In this document: piece after piece, positions 25,401 to 38,033 of the stretch
Layout of the letters: the number at the start of each line of letters is the position of its first letter
Position numbering within the stretch: position 1 is the stretch's first letter
Assembly (NCBI RefSeq): GCF_006345805.1
Contig: NW_021829832.1
Span: 895,062-959,061, forward strand
DNA from: Octopus sinensis
Taxonomy: Eukaryota
Length of the DNA stretch: 64,000 bases
Direction: 5' to 3'
Made by a program: the position numbers and the translations under genes
The notes under the pieces: model-generated
What the model saw: the letters and a program-made list of their open reading frames with translations, nothing else
Database searches by the model: none
What the model was told of the DNA's origin: nothing

Positions 25401-25611
25401 TATTTTACATGATTTTTACCGCATTTTGATATGGTCTATTTATTGCCGTATCTTTTTATCAGACTGTTCTTTTTTATTGATTAAATTAGACTGAACGGCT
25501 TCGCCATTCGCGAGGCTGGCCGGGTGTCTTGTGAGGCCATTAATTAGCTTAGCTATCTTTTTACTTTTATAAATCAAAAATTATTAACTTACAAAAAGAA
25601 ATATTAATTTA

Positions 25612-26317
25612 TGTCACCGTCCATACCGGTCGGGGCGCCAGATCGGTAACGTTCAAAATTTTTAATAAAAATTACCTTTCTGAGGTTATTTTCTTTTTTT
25701 GTTCATTACTTTTTTGATTTTAATATTTTTTCCGCCGAAATTTTGAAGATACTGATTTGATTGAAAACCAACATACAGTGAACGGATAATTATTGTATTG
25801 ACTTTTCATTTTATTTAAAAACGCATTAAGCAAGGTTAGCCAAACAAATCTCAACAATAAAATTAATTTAAAAAACTATGTACAATTTTTAAAATGTTTT
25901 AATCTTCTATTTTTATCATTAAAACTCTAGAGGCAAGTGGGAGGGATCGTGGAGATGGACCACAAGCATTTCACCGTACATACAGAAAGTGTGTGGGGTC
26001 ACGGTCTGAACATCGTGAAAAGATGGCTAGACTGTTGAGAAGTGTCGGAATCACCTGAACACGTTAGTTAATGGTTAAGACGGTGATTCTGTTTTTGGCT
26101 TAAATAATAATAATAAAAAACAAACCGGCCTACGGCTTAAATAATAATAATAAAAAACAAATAATAATAATAAAAAACAGAACTTTTTTATTGATAAGTT
26201 TTTATTTTTTTATTGTCAATATTTTTTTGCAATGAAATGTTTTTTTCGAAAAATATTTTTTGTATTTAGATAATTGACATGACCGATCTGGCGCTCCGGC
26301 CGGTCTAGACGGTGACA
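25612..26317. mobile_element. Non-autonomous TGT...ACA TIR element (Ginger-like MITE)
   Basis: 36-bp TIRs with 32/36 identity, 5-bp flanking repeat attta on both sides, internal taataataataaaaaaca repeats. Confidence 0.8.
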
Positions 26318-26575
26318 ATTTATTTTAAAAAATATCAGCTAAATGTTACACATTTGAAGTTTTAAATAAATATGACAGCTATTTCTATTTCATTTTTAAA
26401 GCTTGGGTCAAGGTCGATAGATTGGCTTTGGTCTGCTTGGTTTGATAATTAGAAATTAAGACTTAAAAAAATATCGTTGTTTTAGACAAATATTTAATGT
26501 AAGCTTGTTTCTATTGATGTTAAAAATAAATACGTTAGACATTATGGGATAAGCGTGTTACTATAGCAAGATTTA

Positions 26576-27227
26576 TCAGTCATTCTCTAAAATAATAAAA
26601 TATAAACGTAAAATGGTTTGTGAATATTTACCGTTTATTTTCCTGACACATACGGGAAATTTTTTCAGGACACACTTTTGATAATGAAGACATTTCACAT
26701 TTTGACAGGACTCTGAATATAATTCAATAATGCATAACCGTAGCATTTTCCGAAGTAGTTAGTTCGAATGTATTTTTTTCTGAGACACTGCATGTATACC
26801 AATTCACATAAATTCATAAAGGTCTCATTACTATCCGAACAAAGGCTCAATTTTGTTTTAGTTTTGCAAGTTCTACATTCACAGACACTTTCTCCGTTTT
26901 TAATAACGCATTGTTGGTCTTCCGAGCAAACAATATTTCCACATTTCCCTGTATTCGTACACTGGCAAATACTTTCACACAACTGCGCGTCTTCAGGGCG
27001 GAGTAGCAAATATTTAAAGAAGTTCATTCCGTCGAGTGGAATTTCGGAGAAGTGATAGTTGACATCGGAATCTCTTTCAAGAGAACAGCACTCAAATTTG
27101 GAGATATCACTCATGACAAGTACGTTATTGTCGACGTCTGATAGAAGCCAACAGTATCCACCTATTTTTTATTAGTATTGGGCATACAAGAAACTGAGCT
27201 TATTGCAAACAGAGCATGAAAGAACAT
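26576..27227 (-). CDS. FST: Follistatin-like secreted protein, truncated (N-domain, one full FS module, partial second)
   Basis: Signal peptide MFFHALFAISSVS, then GYCWLL..ISKFECC, FOLN plus Kazal (LCSDSNETFMNLCEL...YFGKC), and a second FOLN. Introns 24-26 nt. Confidence 0.75.
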
Positions 27228-27499
27228 TGTGTGAACGGCAATTACTACTTATTTTATAGTCAGAGAGACGTACTTTAGATGATAGACATTGATTACTCAC
27301 TTCACCACAATTGGTGTTTTAATCATATTTAAAGCCTAAAGTTCACAGATTAGAAAACACCGGTTTAATGGAAAAAGTCTAGAAAAAGAATATGTTTTTA
27401 TTATCCAAACAAGAAAAAATATCCGACAAATTAGCGTTTAGAGAGCTTGAAAACGAGAACCACAAAGGTCTCAACTGCAGTTTTGCCCTGGGAGATTTT

Positions 27500-28875
27500 T
27501 CTTATCTCCATCAACAAATTCTGACTTTGGATAGGATCGCGTCTATTGTGTCACTGCTCCGACATGTAAGTTTTCTAGAGGACTGCTGAGCTCCAGGCCA
27601 AATACCATTTGATCGCAAATCGTCTAGTTTTTTCAAGTTTGGCGATTAGACGGTTCCTTTCGTCCGTTTAAATACTTCTCCAATTTATATATTAGTAAGG
27701 GCTAAACCCAGGTCCGGTAAACGTGAAGAAACGTTTCCGTGCTAGAAGGAAAACGCCTCAGTCCTTTTAGGATCTTCGCACATTGTTCACGGTTTGCGTC
27801 CACATGTAGTTTTTAGGACCCGGTAGTGTCTACTGTTACTCCCAAGTAATCTTCGAAAGTCGATTTTTTCTTACGAACCATTGAAATCCAACAAATAATG
27901 CCTTTTTCATGCGCAAGATTCAAGCCTTTCCCATTGAACCAGATTTCTAGTTCCTCCAAGTACGGTTCTAGCCTGCTCCGGGGCATCGAGCCATTCGTAA
28001 CCAAGATAGGAAAATGCGGTTTCGGGACGTTGGTCAGCAATATATTGAAGAGCATGGGCTGAGAACAGATCCCTGAGGAACCCCTCTTTGAGAGCAAATT
28101 TCCACGACAAATGAACGATTTTCTCTCCCACAAGAAACTCTCTAGCAACCTGACAGTTTTCAGTCTAGCATCCGATTCCGTCACTTTTTCTAACAACCCA
28201 AAGTACCAGACTTCGTTAAAGGCCTTGCAGACATCCAAGCAAACTGCCGTAAGGCAAGCTTTATGAAGTTTGGCAAAAGACAATTCTTCCTCAAGAAGCA
28301 AGAAACAGTAACCGGTTGATCGACCAGGTCTAAATCCTTATTGTTCTTCCGCAAGTATATTATTTTGTTCATTGTAAGCCTATAAACGATTGAAAATGAT
28401 TTTTTCCATTATCTTCGAGGTTGTGCAGATAAGGCTAATCGGCCAATAGTTTCCTGCATGCGTATTCGGTTTTTCAGGTTTTTGGACCATTCAGACGATC
28501 GTCCGTTTCCAGTCAGCTGAGACATGATCATTGTCCCAACTGGCATTGCATAGTTTTATCGGAATACGAAGCAGGCATTCGGGTTCCTTCTTGAACATCT
28601 CCATAGGAATAAAGTCAAATCCAGATGCATTGTTCATAACCTCTGATTGCTCTGATCGTCTCTTTCGTGGTTATTTCCTTGCACAAGGGTCCATTCAATA
28701 CATATTTCCAGCGGGAATTCCGAGTCGACTCCTCGAATATTTCCCGAGGCAAGATTGGCGAAAGGTACACCTCCTGAATCAATGCTAGCTGCTGACGGAA
28801 GAGCTTCGGGACTTCCTCAGTAGCAAAAAGTCTAAAAAATTTTTTTGATGTTACTATAGTATTATAGTTCTTCAC
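27500..28875 (-). mobile_element. Decayed LINE RT
   Basis: ASGFDFIP, NYWPISLI, CLDVCKAFNEVW and YLGVTVD. Its right-hand part is repeated at 52526-53121. Confidence 0.8.
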
Positions 28876-28904
28876 TTGTGTTCAGCAAGCATCTATATCA
28901 TTTC

Positions 28905-29860
28905 CAGATCGATTTTGATAATTTTGATATCAATTTTGACAATTTGGGAGTCCTCAGTCCAAAAACTAAAAAATTCCTTATTGAACTGGGGGACCTGGCA
29001 AGCAGAAGGAGAAACGATCATCGAGGATAGACATGGCTTTCCAAGCGCATATCAATAGTCATCTTGCGTGGGAATTGCCATTCCATCTTATCCTCTGTTG
29101 CTAATTAAATACGTGTCAAAATTGATCTAAAAATTCTGACAAAATACAAAAATTTGACAAAGCGATATTTACTTTTGACACTTTGGCATCAATTTTGACA
29201 ATACCACATTAAATTTTGACAATGCGATATTCAATTTTGATGCTTCTTTCATCAATTTTGACATTTTTTATGTTAATTTTGACTTTTGACGATTTGTCAT
29301 TTATTGTATATTTTCTGATTCGCCGTTCTTGTACGAATTTTATGTCAAGAAAAAATTCAAGAGTATCAGAAGCTACAAGAAGAGCACTTATAAATAAGGA
29401 TGAAGAGGGTTGCGATTATATACAGCTTGCTCGTGATCTTAGAAAAAGTTAAAAAACTTTACTGCTTCAAAGAAAAAAATAAATCGAAAAAAAGATTTTA
29501 CCTGCAAATCTGGGTATGGAGGAATACTTTGCTGCAAGTAGAAAAAATATTGGGGATTCCTGCGTATTACACTATCAGAGGTGCTAGATGCGGATCTCAA
29601 ATCAATCAACAGCAGGCTCAAAACCAATGAGGAGTTTAGGATGTAATAGGTAAGGATGGATAAGGATTGTCGAGAAAATCGTTTCAAGTACGGAACATTA
29701 AATACTTTTTTGTCGACAGACAATACTTTTTTGTCGTATGTAAAATATCACAAACGTTATATAAATTTTCTTTCTCGTTTGCTATGTCGTTTAAGCTTTT
29801 GTATGTAAAAGATCATTTTCTTGGTTGCTTTATGTAGTCGATGTATATTTGATGTATATT
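28905..29860 (+). mobile_element. Composite DNA-transposon relic: ttttgac/gtcaaaa repeats, HTH-like ORF start and integrase fragment; duplicate at ~53150-54105
   Basis: >10 copies of (aat)tttga(c/t); MSRKNSRVSEATRRALI..LARDL; 29813-29850 matches the integrase at 24840-24885. Confidence 0.5.
28943..29108 (+). mobile_element. Short 3' CRE-like fragment (same subfamily as 20789-21064); duplicate at ~53189-53354
   Basis: Nucleotide match to the reverse complement of 20789-20952. Confidence 0.75.
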
Positions 29861-30319
29861 TGCTAGAGAAAGTGATTTTCTTTATTAATTTTAAGACGCA
29901 TAAAATGATTTTTAATTTTTACTGGTAGTTTGATAATTTATCATTTCTTTTGAACTGACGCTACAAGGGTGTTTGTGTTCTTAGATGGCTATATCGTTAA
30001 CTTTTCCCTTGATGTTATGTGGTTTAGGTGTTCTGGTGATATATTGAAAGTGAATTCTAATCACATCAGTGAATAATTGTTTTAATATTATCATAAATTA
30101 TCTCACCAACCAAGAGAGTCCTTTAAAGGGGCGACTCGAGAGATTCCTTTTGGCTTCTTCAACGCCTCTCCGTAAGACTGGGAGAGCGTCCTAAACTGCG
30201 TAGTCTTGTATGTTATTGACGTCTGTTTTTTTTCTGTAATATTTTAAAAAAATAGTAAAAATCTCCCCAGCGATGTCAGACTCAAGGCGACTCATCATTT
30301 AAATTTTAAATTATGTCAT

Positions 30320-32151
30320 AACACGGCCGACAAATAAAGTGTGATCTTTATGTTCGGGTTAACTGTCAAAATTCAAATTTAGTGATTCTGAAGTTCAGAT
30401 TTTATCTCCATCCTTAGTAATAATCGAAATTGTTTTAATTCCAATGCCAACTCTCAATCTGCTCTAAATGGGACTGAATGCGTGCCCAGAATATCTTCTC
30501 TGCATTTTTGTAGGAAGTTAGTTCTCTAGACCAGAAAGGATCAATGGACAAATGAATTTCCAGAAGGAACGTGGATTATCTATTGTCTGATTAAGCAACT
30601 CCAGATCTTTATCGGATGTTTCCGGTGTCCAAACAGTCAGTGTTTATTGAAATTATGGATCTCTGTAGTGACTATCGGACGATCAAATCCTTGATGCACT
30701 GTCTGAATAGTTATTCATATTCTTTATCGAAGCTTTAAACCCTCTCAATTCTCAGCTCTATATTACCCGGCTCTCTGCCAGATTTTTTGACAGCTGAAAT
30801 GCACCACTTTAAAATACTCGTCGATCTGTGTCGTAACTCTCGACAGTTCGGGGAACATTGCCACCAAATATCTTTTTACGGTTACCCTTCTCTTTTCGAA
30901 ATCGAGGATTGTGCTTATTTACTTAACCACAAGTTCTAATTTCCTACAAACATCACGCTCTCCGAGTTCTAGCCACATACTTCCTTTTTCCAGATCGCTG
31001 CCAAAATCAACACATTCGTAATTTCCTAAAACATTGGCTGAAACGCATTTCTTATAATTCGCTGGAGGATGAGCTCGACGCCACGTTCTATTCTATACTT
31101 ATTCTCTACGCCAGCAATTCTGAAGATTGTCCTAAATTTTATCAACTTATGAAGCGGGCCCTCCAATTTGTCAAATTTCATCACACGGACAGTTTTTCAG
31201 ACCCTTATTAACATTCTAGTGTATAATCTTAAGAGTCCCGTCTTCGCAATTGTACCCTATCGTCTTATGGTTCAATTTTCTAAGGGGTTACGCCGATTTG
31301 AGCAGGTTCATTATCTTTTTATATTTCTAAAGAACGTGAAGACTAGTCCCAGAATTTTATCGTCCTTGGTAAAGGTGTCGGCAATGAGGTGTGAGACGGT
31401 CAGCTCGGAGGTAGCCAGATTGTTATCATTGTTAAAACTAACTCCCCCATTTCTCTTCGAAGGAATGTCGTCGATTGGGACATCAAGGACACAAAAAAGT
31501 GGCTCTCCATAATTAGTTTGAAAAGTTTAGTTAACTGAAGGTTTTTTGCCGTTTTCGTCAATTGAGACCAGAAATGTGTCTTCTCGAATTTTGAACGAAA
31601 TGCTTCTTAATGGATAGTTGTCAGATTTGCGGAACGTTCTTGTGCTAGATCTCTCCCTCCCTTTACTCAAAAATCGGTTGTGTGTCCTTAATTTTGTCCA
31701 GTTTCCGAAAAGAGTTGAATTTTCTGAGAAAATGGACTAGAAGGACTACCGAGGCGTCAGACACAATGTCCTCTGAATCGCGGAAATTTGCTCGGTTTTC
31801 TACATCCGACGAGGAACGATTGTCGAACGGGACACGCAGTGCGAAGATCGAGTACCCGTTTAAATAGTTTCTTAAGGGTTAGGATACACCAAATAACTGT
31901 CTTTTTTTCGAAAAAGGTCTAATTAAGCCGATTGCGAGTAGTACTCCGCAACAATTTCCCTATTTTGATGTCTTTATATCATATCGCCGTGACTACGGTT
32001 CACATATTGCTAGGTGGCCTTGCATACTGATGCTGACAGTCTTTGGAATTATATACTCGGAGCTCGGAGGGTTCAAGTCGTTCCTGTACGTGAGGACGCT
32101 CAACTTTGAGTATGTCTAGTTTATGACTTTGAAATATACGACTGTAGCCAT
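30320..32151 (-). CDS. Probable intron-rich gene of unknown function; exon structure only partly resolved
   Basis: ATG GCT ACA GTC followed by a 24-nt GT-AG intron and further open stretches separated by 22-33 nt GT..AG segments; coding-like GC content; no recognisable family. Confidence 0.4.
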
Positions 32152-32353
32152 ATATGCTATGTTTAAAAAAAACATTTTAGTCATTTTTAGATTTGTTGAC
32201 ATAATTTGTAATTTCCAATAATCGGGATCGAATATTAATGGGACGTTCCTAGACTGGGAAAATTAAAATATATAATTTAATGTAATTGGTCACTTGAAAT
32301 TTAATATTTTTATATCAATAAAAGATTTTAAATAACTTAATTTTATAATTCGT

Positions 32354-33132
32354 ATGAGCTATCTTTCATCAGAAAATACAAATTCTACTGTTATTTATGA
32401 GGAGGAGGGCTTTGAGGTTTAATAGCAAAAAGTCGATTAATGAGGAAATGATTAGTCAGACAGTGGGTCATTTGAGAAAGCGATGATCACTCTCGCTCAT
32501 TGTTGCAATGACCACTGTCTTTTGAACTACCAAATAACTGAGCAGAAACTCTTAATTGAACAACTTGAGAAATTTATTAAGAAAACAAATTTTGATATTT
32601 CATATATATCTCAAGTTATGTCAGGTTGATATTTTTAGGAGATTAGGTTTATCCGATCAGTACAGAAAGGATTAATCTTTTACAATAAGCAATTGAGTGA
32701 AAGAATTGCCCAAATCGAAGTATTTCCGTTTCAATTAAGCGATTAAGGTGTTGACAAATGTCCCGAACAGAAAAATGAAAATAAATGATTGGCACGATTT
32801 GGGTTAGTAATACATTTTAATTAGATTCCATTGTTTCAAGCATGTTTGAGGAGTGTCGACAACTTCGAATGAAGGTTAAATTAACTGGTGATACATTAAC
32901 TACTCATACTCTCAGGGGCCACGGAAGACCGTTTCAAAACGATTGAAGACGCCTTCATAAAACTGCAAACCTGCGTCTGGTCGTTACAAATACGATTAGA
33001 GGACAATCCTGTGGGGGTGGATACATTCCAGAGTGAATTGGCAAATTTGCAGTGTGAGGTTACCTCGTTAGATTATTGCAGTTCTCTATGGCAATGGAAG
33101 CACTGGTCGAGACGGTGAACACAATTGTATGA
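32354..33132 (+). CDS. Unknown ~200-aa helical protein (7 mini-introns)
   Basis: Continuous ATG-to-TGA frame after removing seven 22-28 nt GT-AG introns; includes a predicted 10-nt microexon. Confidence 0.6.
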
Positions 33133-33221
33133 TTTAACACATTTCTTGTGACTAACCTATGTTATTTACTGTAGAATCAATCAGCCGTTTCTATAGTATT
33201 AGTATATATAGGCGTAGTAAA

Positions 33222-36200
33222 ATGAATTTGGCAGAGTGCATGGATACGAGGCAAGCCAGTCTTGTTACCAACTTGGAAGGATTGAGTGTGTCCAGCATTG
33301 CACACTCCTCCAAAAATATATCACTTGCCTTGGAAGATAGCGTACAGCTGATTTTCCTCTTTTAGAATTCGGCCCTCACCAAGTGGATTACTACCCATTT
33401 CACGCGCAGTCGATGTAAACGATTCGTTCCACTCGACACGTTGATACATGTGCTAATTCTCACAGAAATCCTACTCTATGTTTCTGCAACAACTCTATGT
33501 CACAACATACCAAAGCTGCTATTAATCGAGCAGCTTCTTTTCCATGGCACCCTCAAGAGGACACGGAAGCAATTCCTACTGATGCATTCGGGGAAATTGA
33601 GTTTTCCGGATATGGCAGTCGACTAGCTAATGTACATGTCTACGTGTAACATCTAGTATATTTGCATAAGACAAAATACAGACATGGATTTGATGATCAA
33701 GCTGTTTTTAGATGTCTGGAATGTTCCAAAACCAAACCTTCTTATCTCGGTGACAGGTGGGGCCAAGAGTTTCACTATGGCCCCGAAACTGAAAGACATT
33801 TTCAGAAGTGGACTAACAAAGGCCGCGACCAGCACAGGTAAAAATTATCTTCATCTTTTAGGAGCATGGATCATAACCGGAGGAATGAACGCGGGGGTGA
33901 TGAAGCACGTAGGGGAAGCGATAAAACAACACAACCTCATGTCTAACAGCAATAAGAAAGTACCCTGCATTGGAATAGCCCCGTGGGGATGTGTCGGACT
34001 CAGACACCAACTGATATCCCCTGTGGTGAGTGCCTTCTTTAATTATCAGGGAAAATGGCCAGCCTCTTATAGAATGACCGACGTATCAAACCTTCACAAG
34101 AACGAGACACTTTTGGACGACAATCACACGCACTTTTTATTCGTCGACAATGGCACATGCCACAAGTACAGAGTGGAGATCGAGTTCAGGGCAAAATTTG
34201 AACAACATCTTACGAACATGAAAACGTCGAAGGAAGGTGACTTTGAGCATCTAATTCAGGGGGACTGCGAATTCCAATCATTCTGCTCGTATTAGAAGGC
34301 GGGATCGGGACGCTGGAAACGGTGGCAACTTCTATAAAGAGGAGAACTCCTGCTGTAATTGTCGAGGTAGTTTTAATAGCTTAAATGCAGGGATCGGGAA
34401 GGGCTGCTGACGTGCTGGCCAAGATATATTACAAAATGACAAGTCTCTTTTCTCATTAATTTAAGGCGACATGGGAGTCCATTTGCACGAATTCATAAAA
34501 AATCTGATTCAAGTCGAGTTTGGATCAAAAAATATCGACGATATGGTCGAATTTGCTAAGAACTGTTTCATAAACATGGATTTGATAACAGTCATTAGTC
34601 TTAAAGAAAACGACGAGATCGACACTGCATTGTTGAAGGCGCTATTTACAGGTCTGCCCAACATAACGACCCAAAAGCGAACAAGGATCACGCGATTACT
34701 CAACTAAAGTTAGCCCTTGTTTGGGACAGAATCGAAATGGTCCGAAACGAGTTTCTTTTTTCCAAGACTGCCTTAATCGATGTACATCACAAAGTGTTCA
34801 TTTTAGTTGGAAGAAGTCCTGCACTCGGCCATTCTCCTTGGGAGAACCAGGTTTGTTAAGTTCATATGCGAAAACGGAGTTGATTTGAAGCATTTCCTGA
34901 CTGCGAACAGACTTGTCCGACTATATAATCAGGTGAAAGTCAAGACTTTACTGATTAGATTCCGCCGCGTTGCCAGCTTGCAACTCTTTTGCAAAAGTCG
35001 AAAAGAACTGGTTTTCTTTGGTCAATCTTTAGTGCTACGGAGACTATGTTTCCTTGAAGGACGTTGGTCTACTCATTCAGCATATGTTGGGAGAGTTTTT
35101 TAAGCCTCTATATTTGACGGATTCCCGATACTCGCAATTAGACGCTAACTTTATAATGCGGACATATCAGAGAAGAAGGGGTTTGGTCTTCTAATCATTT
35201 AGACGACGCTTCGTTTGAGGTTGACGATCCCTATCAAGAGTTGTTCATTTGGTCAGTTTTGATGGGACGCGTCCTTCTAGCACACTACTTTTGGCTGGAG
35301 GGGAAGGCAGGACCGAGTACTAACTCACTAGACGGGTGTCATGGCTCCTTTATTCGCGTCTTCATTGTTATGTAAACTCAGCAAACTGACTAACGACCAC
35401 GAACTCGCAGCATTTTACATATCTTACAAGCAGTAAAATTCATCTAACACTACTACAGTACGTATATCGAGTTAGCTTTGGGAATCATCAATGAGTGTTG
35501 GAAGTGCGACGAACAGAGAGCCCATCAAGTCATTTTGAGGGAACTTCCACACTTTGGAGAATGCAGTCCGTTAACAATCGCATTCCGAACCAACAACAAG
35601 GACTTTGTAGCGCACTCCTGCACTCAGTCGTTACTGACCAAAATATGGATGGGCACCATATCGGAAGACACATCCATATCTCAAGTTATAATGCAATTTT
35701 TAGTCTTAGCTTATCCTGTGTAATTTTTTGCCCATCGTGATCCCATTTTTCATTAAATTTGACCACCCCGAAACATTAAAAGTTGTGAAAATTCATTAAT
35801 TTCCCAGAATACAAAGAGCATCGACATGGTGAAAGACAAGCCACCACTATTAAATAAAGTGACTCGATCAGTCGAGAAAATCAAGAAATTCTACTCGGCT
35901 CCGGTGATCATTTTCATGTCAAATTGCGTATTTCTAAAATTTTCATCGAAGTTCAACTACTTCTTGTTTCTGCTGCTTTACAGTTATGTGCTGCTCGTGG
36001 AGTATTCTAACGTGTTTTCCATCATCGACCTGATTCTCTCGATTTTCGTGGCGAGTCTCTTTGTTGAAGAGTCCCGCCAGGTGCTGCCCTAACTAATTCG
36101 CAGTTTTTGTCAGGAAAGAATATTGGCCTCAAAACTAAGCTAAAAGATTATTTCACGGACTTTTGGAATATATTAGACTTTTCGAGTGCAATCATCTTCG

Positions 36201-37294
36201 CGGTGGGACAGTCAATTCGGTTTTCGTCTTACTGCTCCTTCAACAACCCGACGTGCTTCGATATTGCCAAGACAATTCATTCAATTTCGCTTATTATATT
36301 CTTTATTCGGCTCCTGCACATATTCTCTGTAAATAAACACTTGGGCCCAAAGGTGATCATGATCGGAAAAATGGTGAATTTTTGGCCTGATTATTTGAGG
36401 TGGTGGATCTCATTATTTTCGCGGCCATCCTCATGGTCTTTATGGTTTCGTTCGCCATCATTCAACACGCAATTCTCTACCCCAATTCGGAACTGACCTT
36501 GAAACTGCCTTTCTCAGTCTTCTCAATGGCCTATTGGCAGATTTTCGGGGAACTCTTCCTTTCAAAGATCCAGGGTACCAAATGCCGGATCAACTCTTCC
36601 CTAGCAACAGAGGTGTCAGGGACCTGCAGTTTTAATAGCAGTCTTTATAACACGGGACAGATCTACCGGTGTCCATCAACAAGCGGGGTTTATGTTATTC
36701 CCATTCTTCTTGGATTCTACCTAATATTCACAAATGCACTGATGCTCAATCTACTCATTGCCATGTTTAGGTAACAATGATTGACTACATTAAGCTACAC
36801 TTTTACGAAGATACAGGAATCCACCGACAAGCATTGGTATTTTCAGAGATATCAACTTATCTACGAGTACTACAACCGCTCCAACCTGGCTCCTCCCTTC
36901 ATTCTCCTCTCGCACTCGACCGCACTCATTCAGTTCATCATTGAGTACTTGATCAAAAAGAGAGGAAAAAAATCAGACGGTTGGTTCTGCAGCTAATTGT
37001 CAAGAATCGGGAGACGAACTTGCCAAGCAGCTTGCCTTGTGGGAAAACATGAGAGCAGACGATTTTCTGAGGACGTGCCCACTTGACTCGGAAAAAAACT
37101 TGCCTACGAAGATGACCGAACTCCAAGAAAAGTGAAATTGTGCTGATTTATTCAAGTCTCAATGAAATAAAATTAGACATTGAGTCATCTCAACTCGATC
37201 AAAAGGCATGTTTTACGAGTATTTTAAAGTATTTTAATCGCAGGTTGACCTGATCATGAATAGAGTGAGCGCTCTAATCGACAGCATCGAGTAA
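33222..37294 (+). CDS. TRPM: TRPM cation channel (>20 mini-introns)
   Basis: [81 protein letters not shown] box [13 protein letters not shown]-terminal coiled coil. Last exon uncertain. Confidence 0.93.
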
Positions 37295-37419
37295 TTAGCC
37301 TTGTTAGATAACTAACGAATTGTTGGTTGAAACACGTTTTATCCACTATTTCACATAAGAATAATTTAAAATTGATCACTTAGTAAATATTATTTCTCTT
37401 TCGACAAATTAAGCAAGAA

Positions 37420-38033
37420 ATCAGGGAAGGTAAAGGATCCCCAGCCGAACGGATTGCTTGCGCGTTCCCGCGCACGATTGCGAGCGAGATCCTCTGCCTC
37501 AACCAAGAGGACTCGCGAGCATCCATCTTCTTCCGAGCAATGAGGATTCCGAGGTCTTTTAAGAAGCATGAGGTCAGCGGACCGGAAGCGCCTGATGTCT
37601 CAAAAGCCACAGGCGCGAAGGAATGGCGAGTGGCAAGAATCTTGTACTTTTCTACTTTGCGGGCTTCCGCCAGGGCCGCGGCCGAGCCGGAAGAAGAAGC
37701 AGATGACATTAGAGCAGATGGGGACCACGTGTCTGCGCACGTGGCGTCCCAGATCAGGCAATTGCCATTCCGGAATGGGAAGGTGGTCATCCCGTCCGGG
37801 CGTTTGCCGTCCCCTCTGTCCAATCCGGCTGGTTCAAGCACGTTGGGGAAGCTAGCAGCGTTGAGAGCTCTTGAGATTACGTCGTTGATTGCTCCATGGC
37901 GAGGCGAGCGGCCTGCGCTCCGGCGGCAGGAGAGGGGTGAAGGCCTTTCACGCCCACCGTACCTCCGCATCGACAGGGATGAGGGGCGCAGACATCGAGC
38001 CCCAGCCGAAGAGCGACCCCGATACGCAGTGTT
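37420..38033 (-). mobile_element. 3' fragment of a CRE-like element (third subfamily)
   Basis: PLSCRRSAGRSPRH, DRGDGKRPDG, AFETSG and QRISLAIVRGN. Confidence 0.85.
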
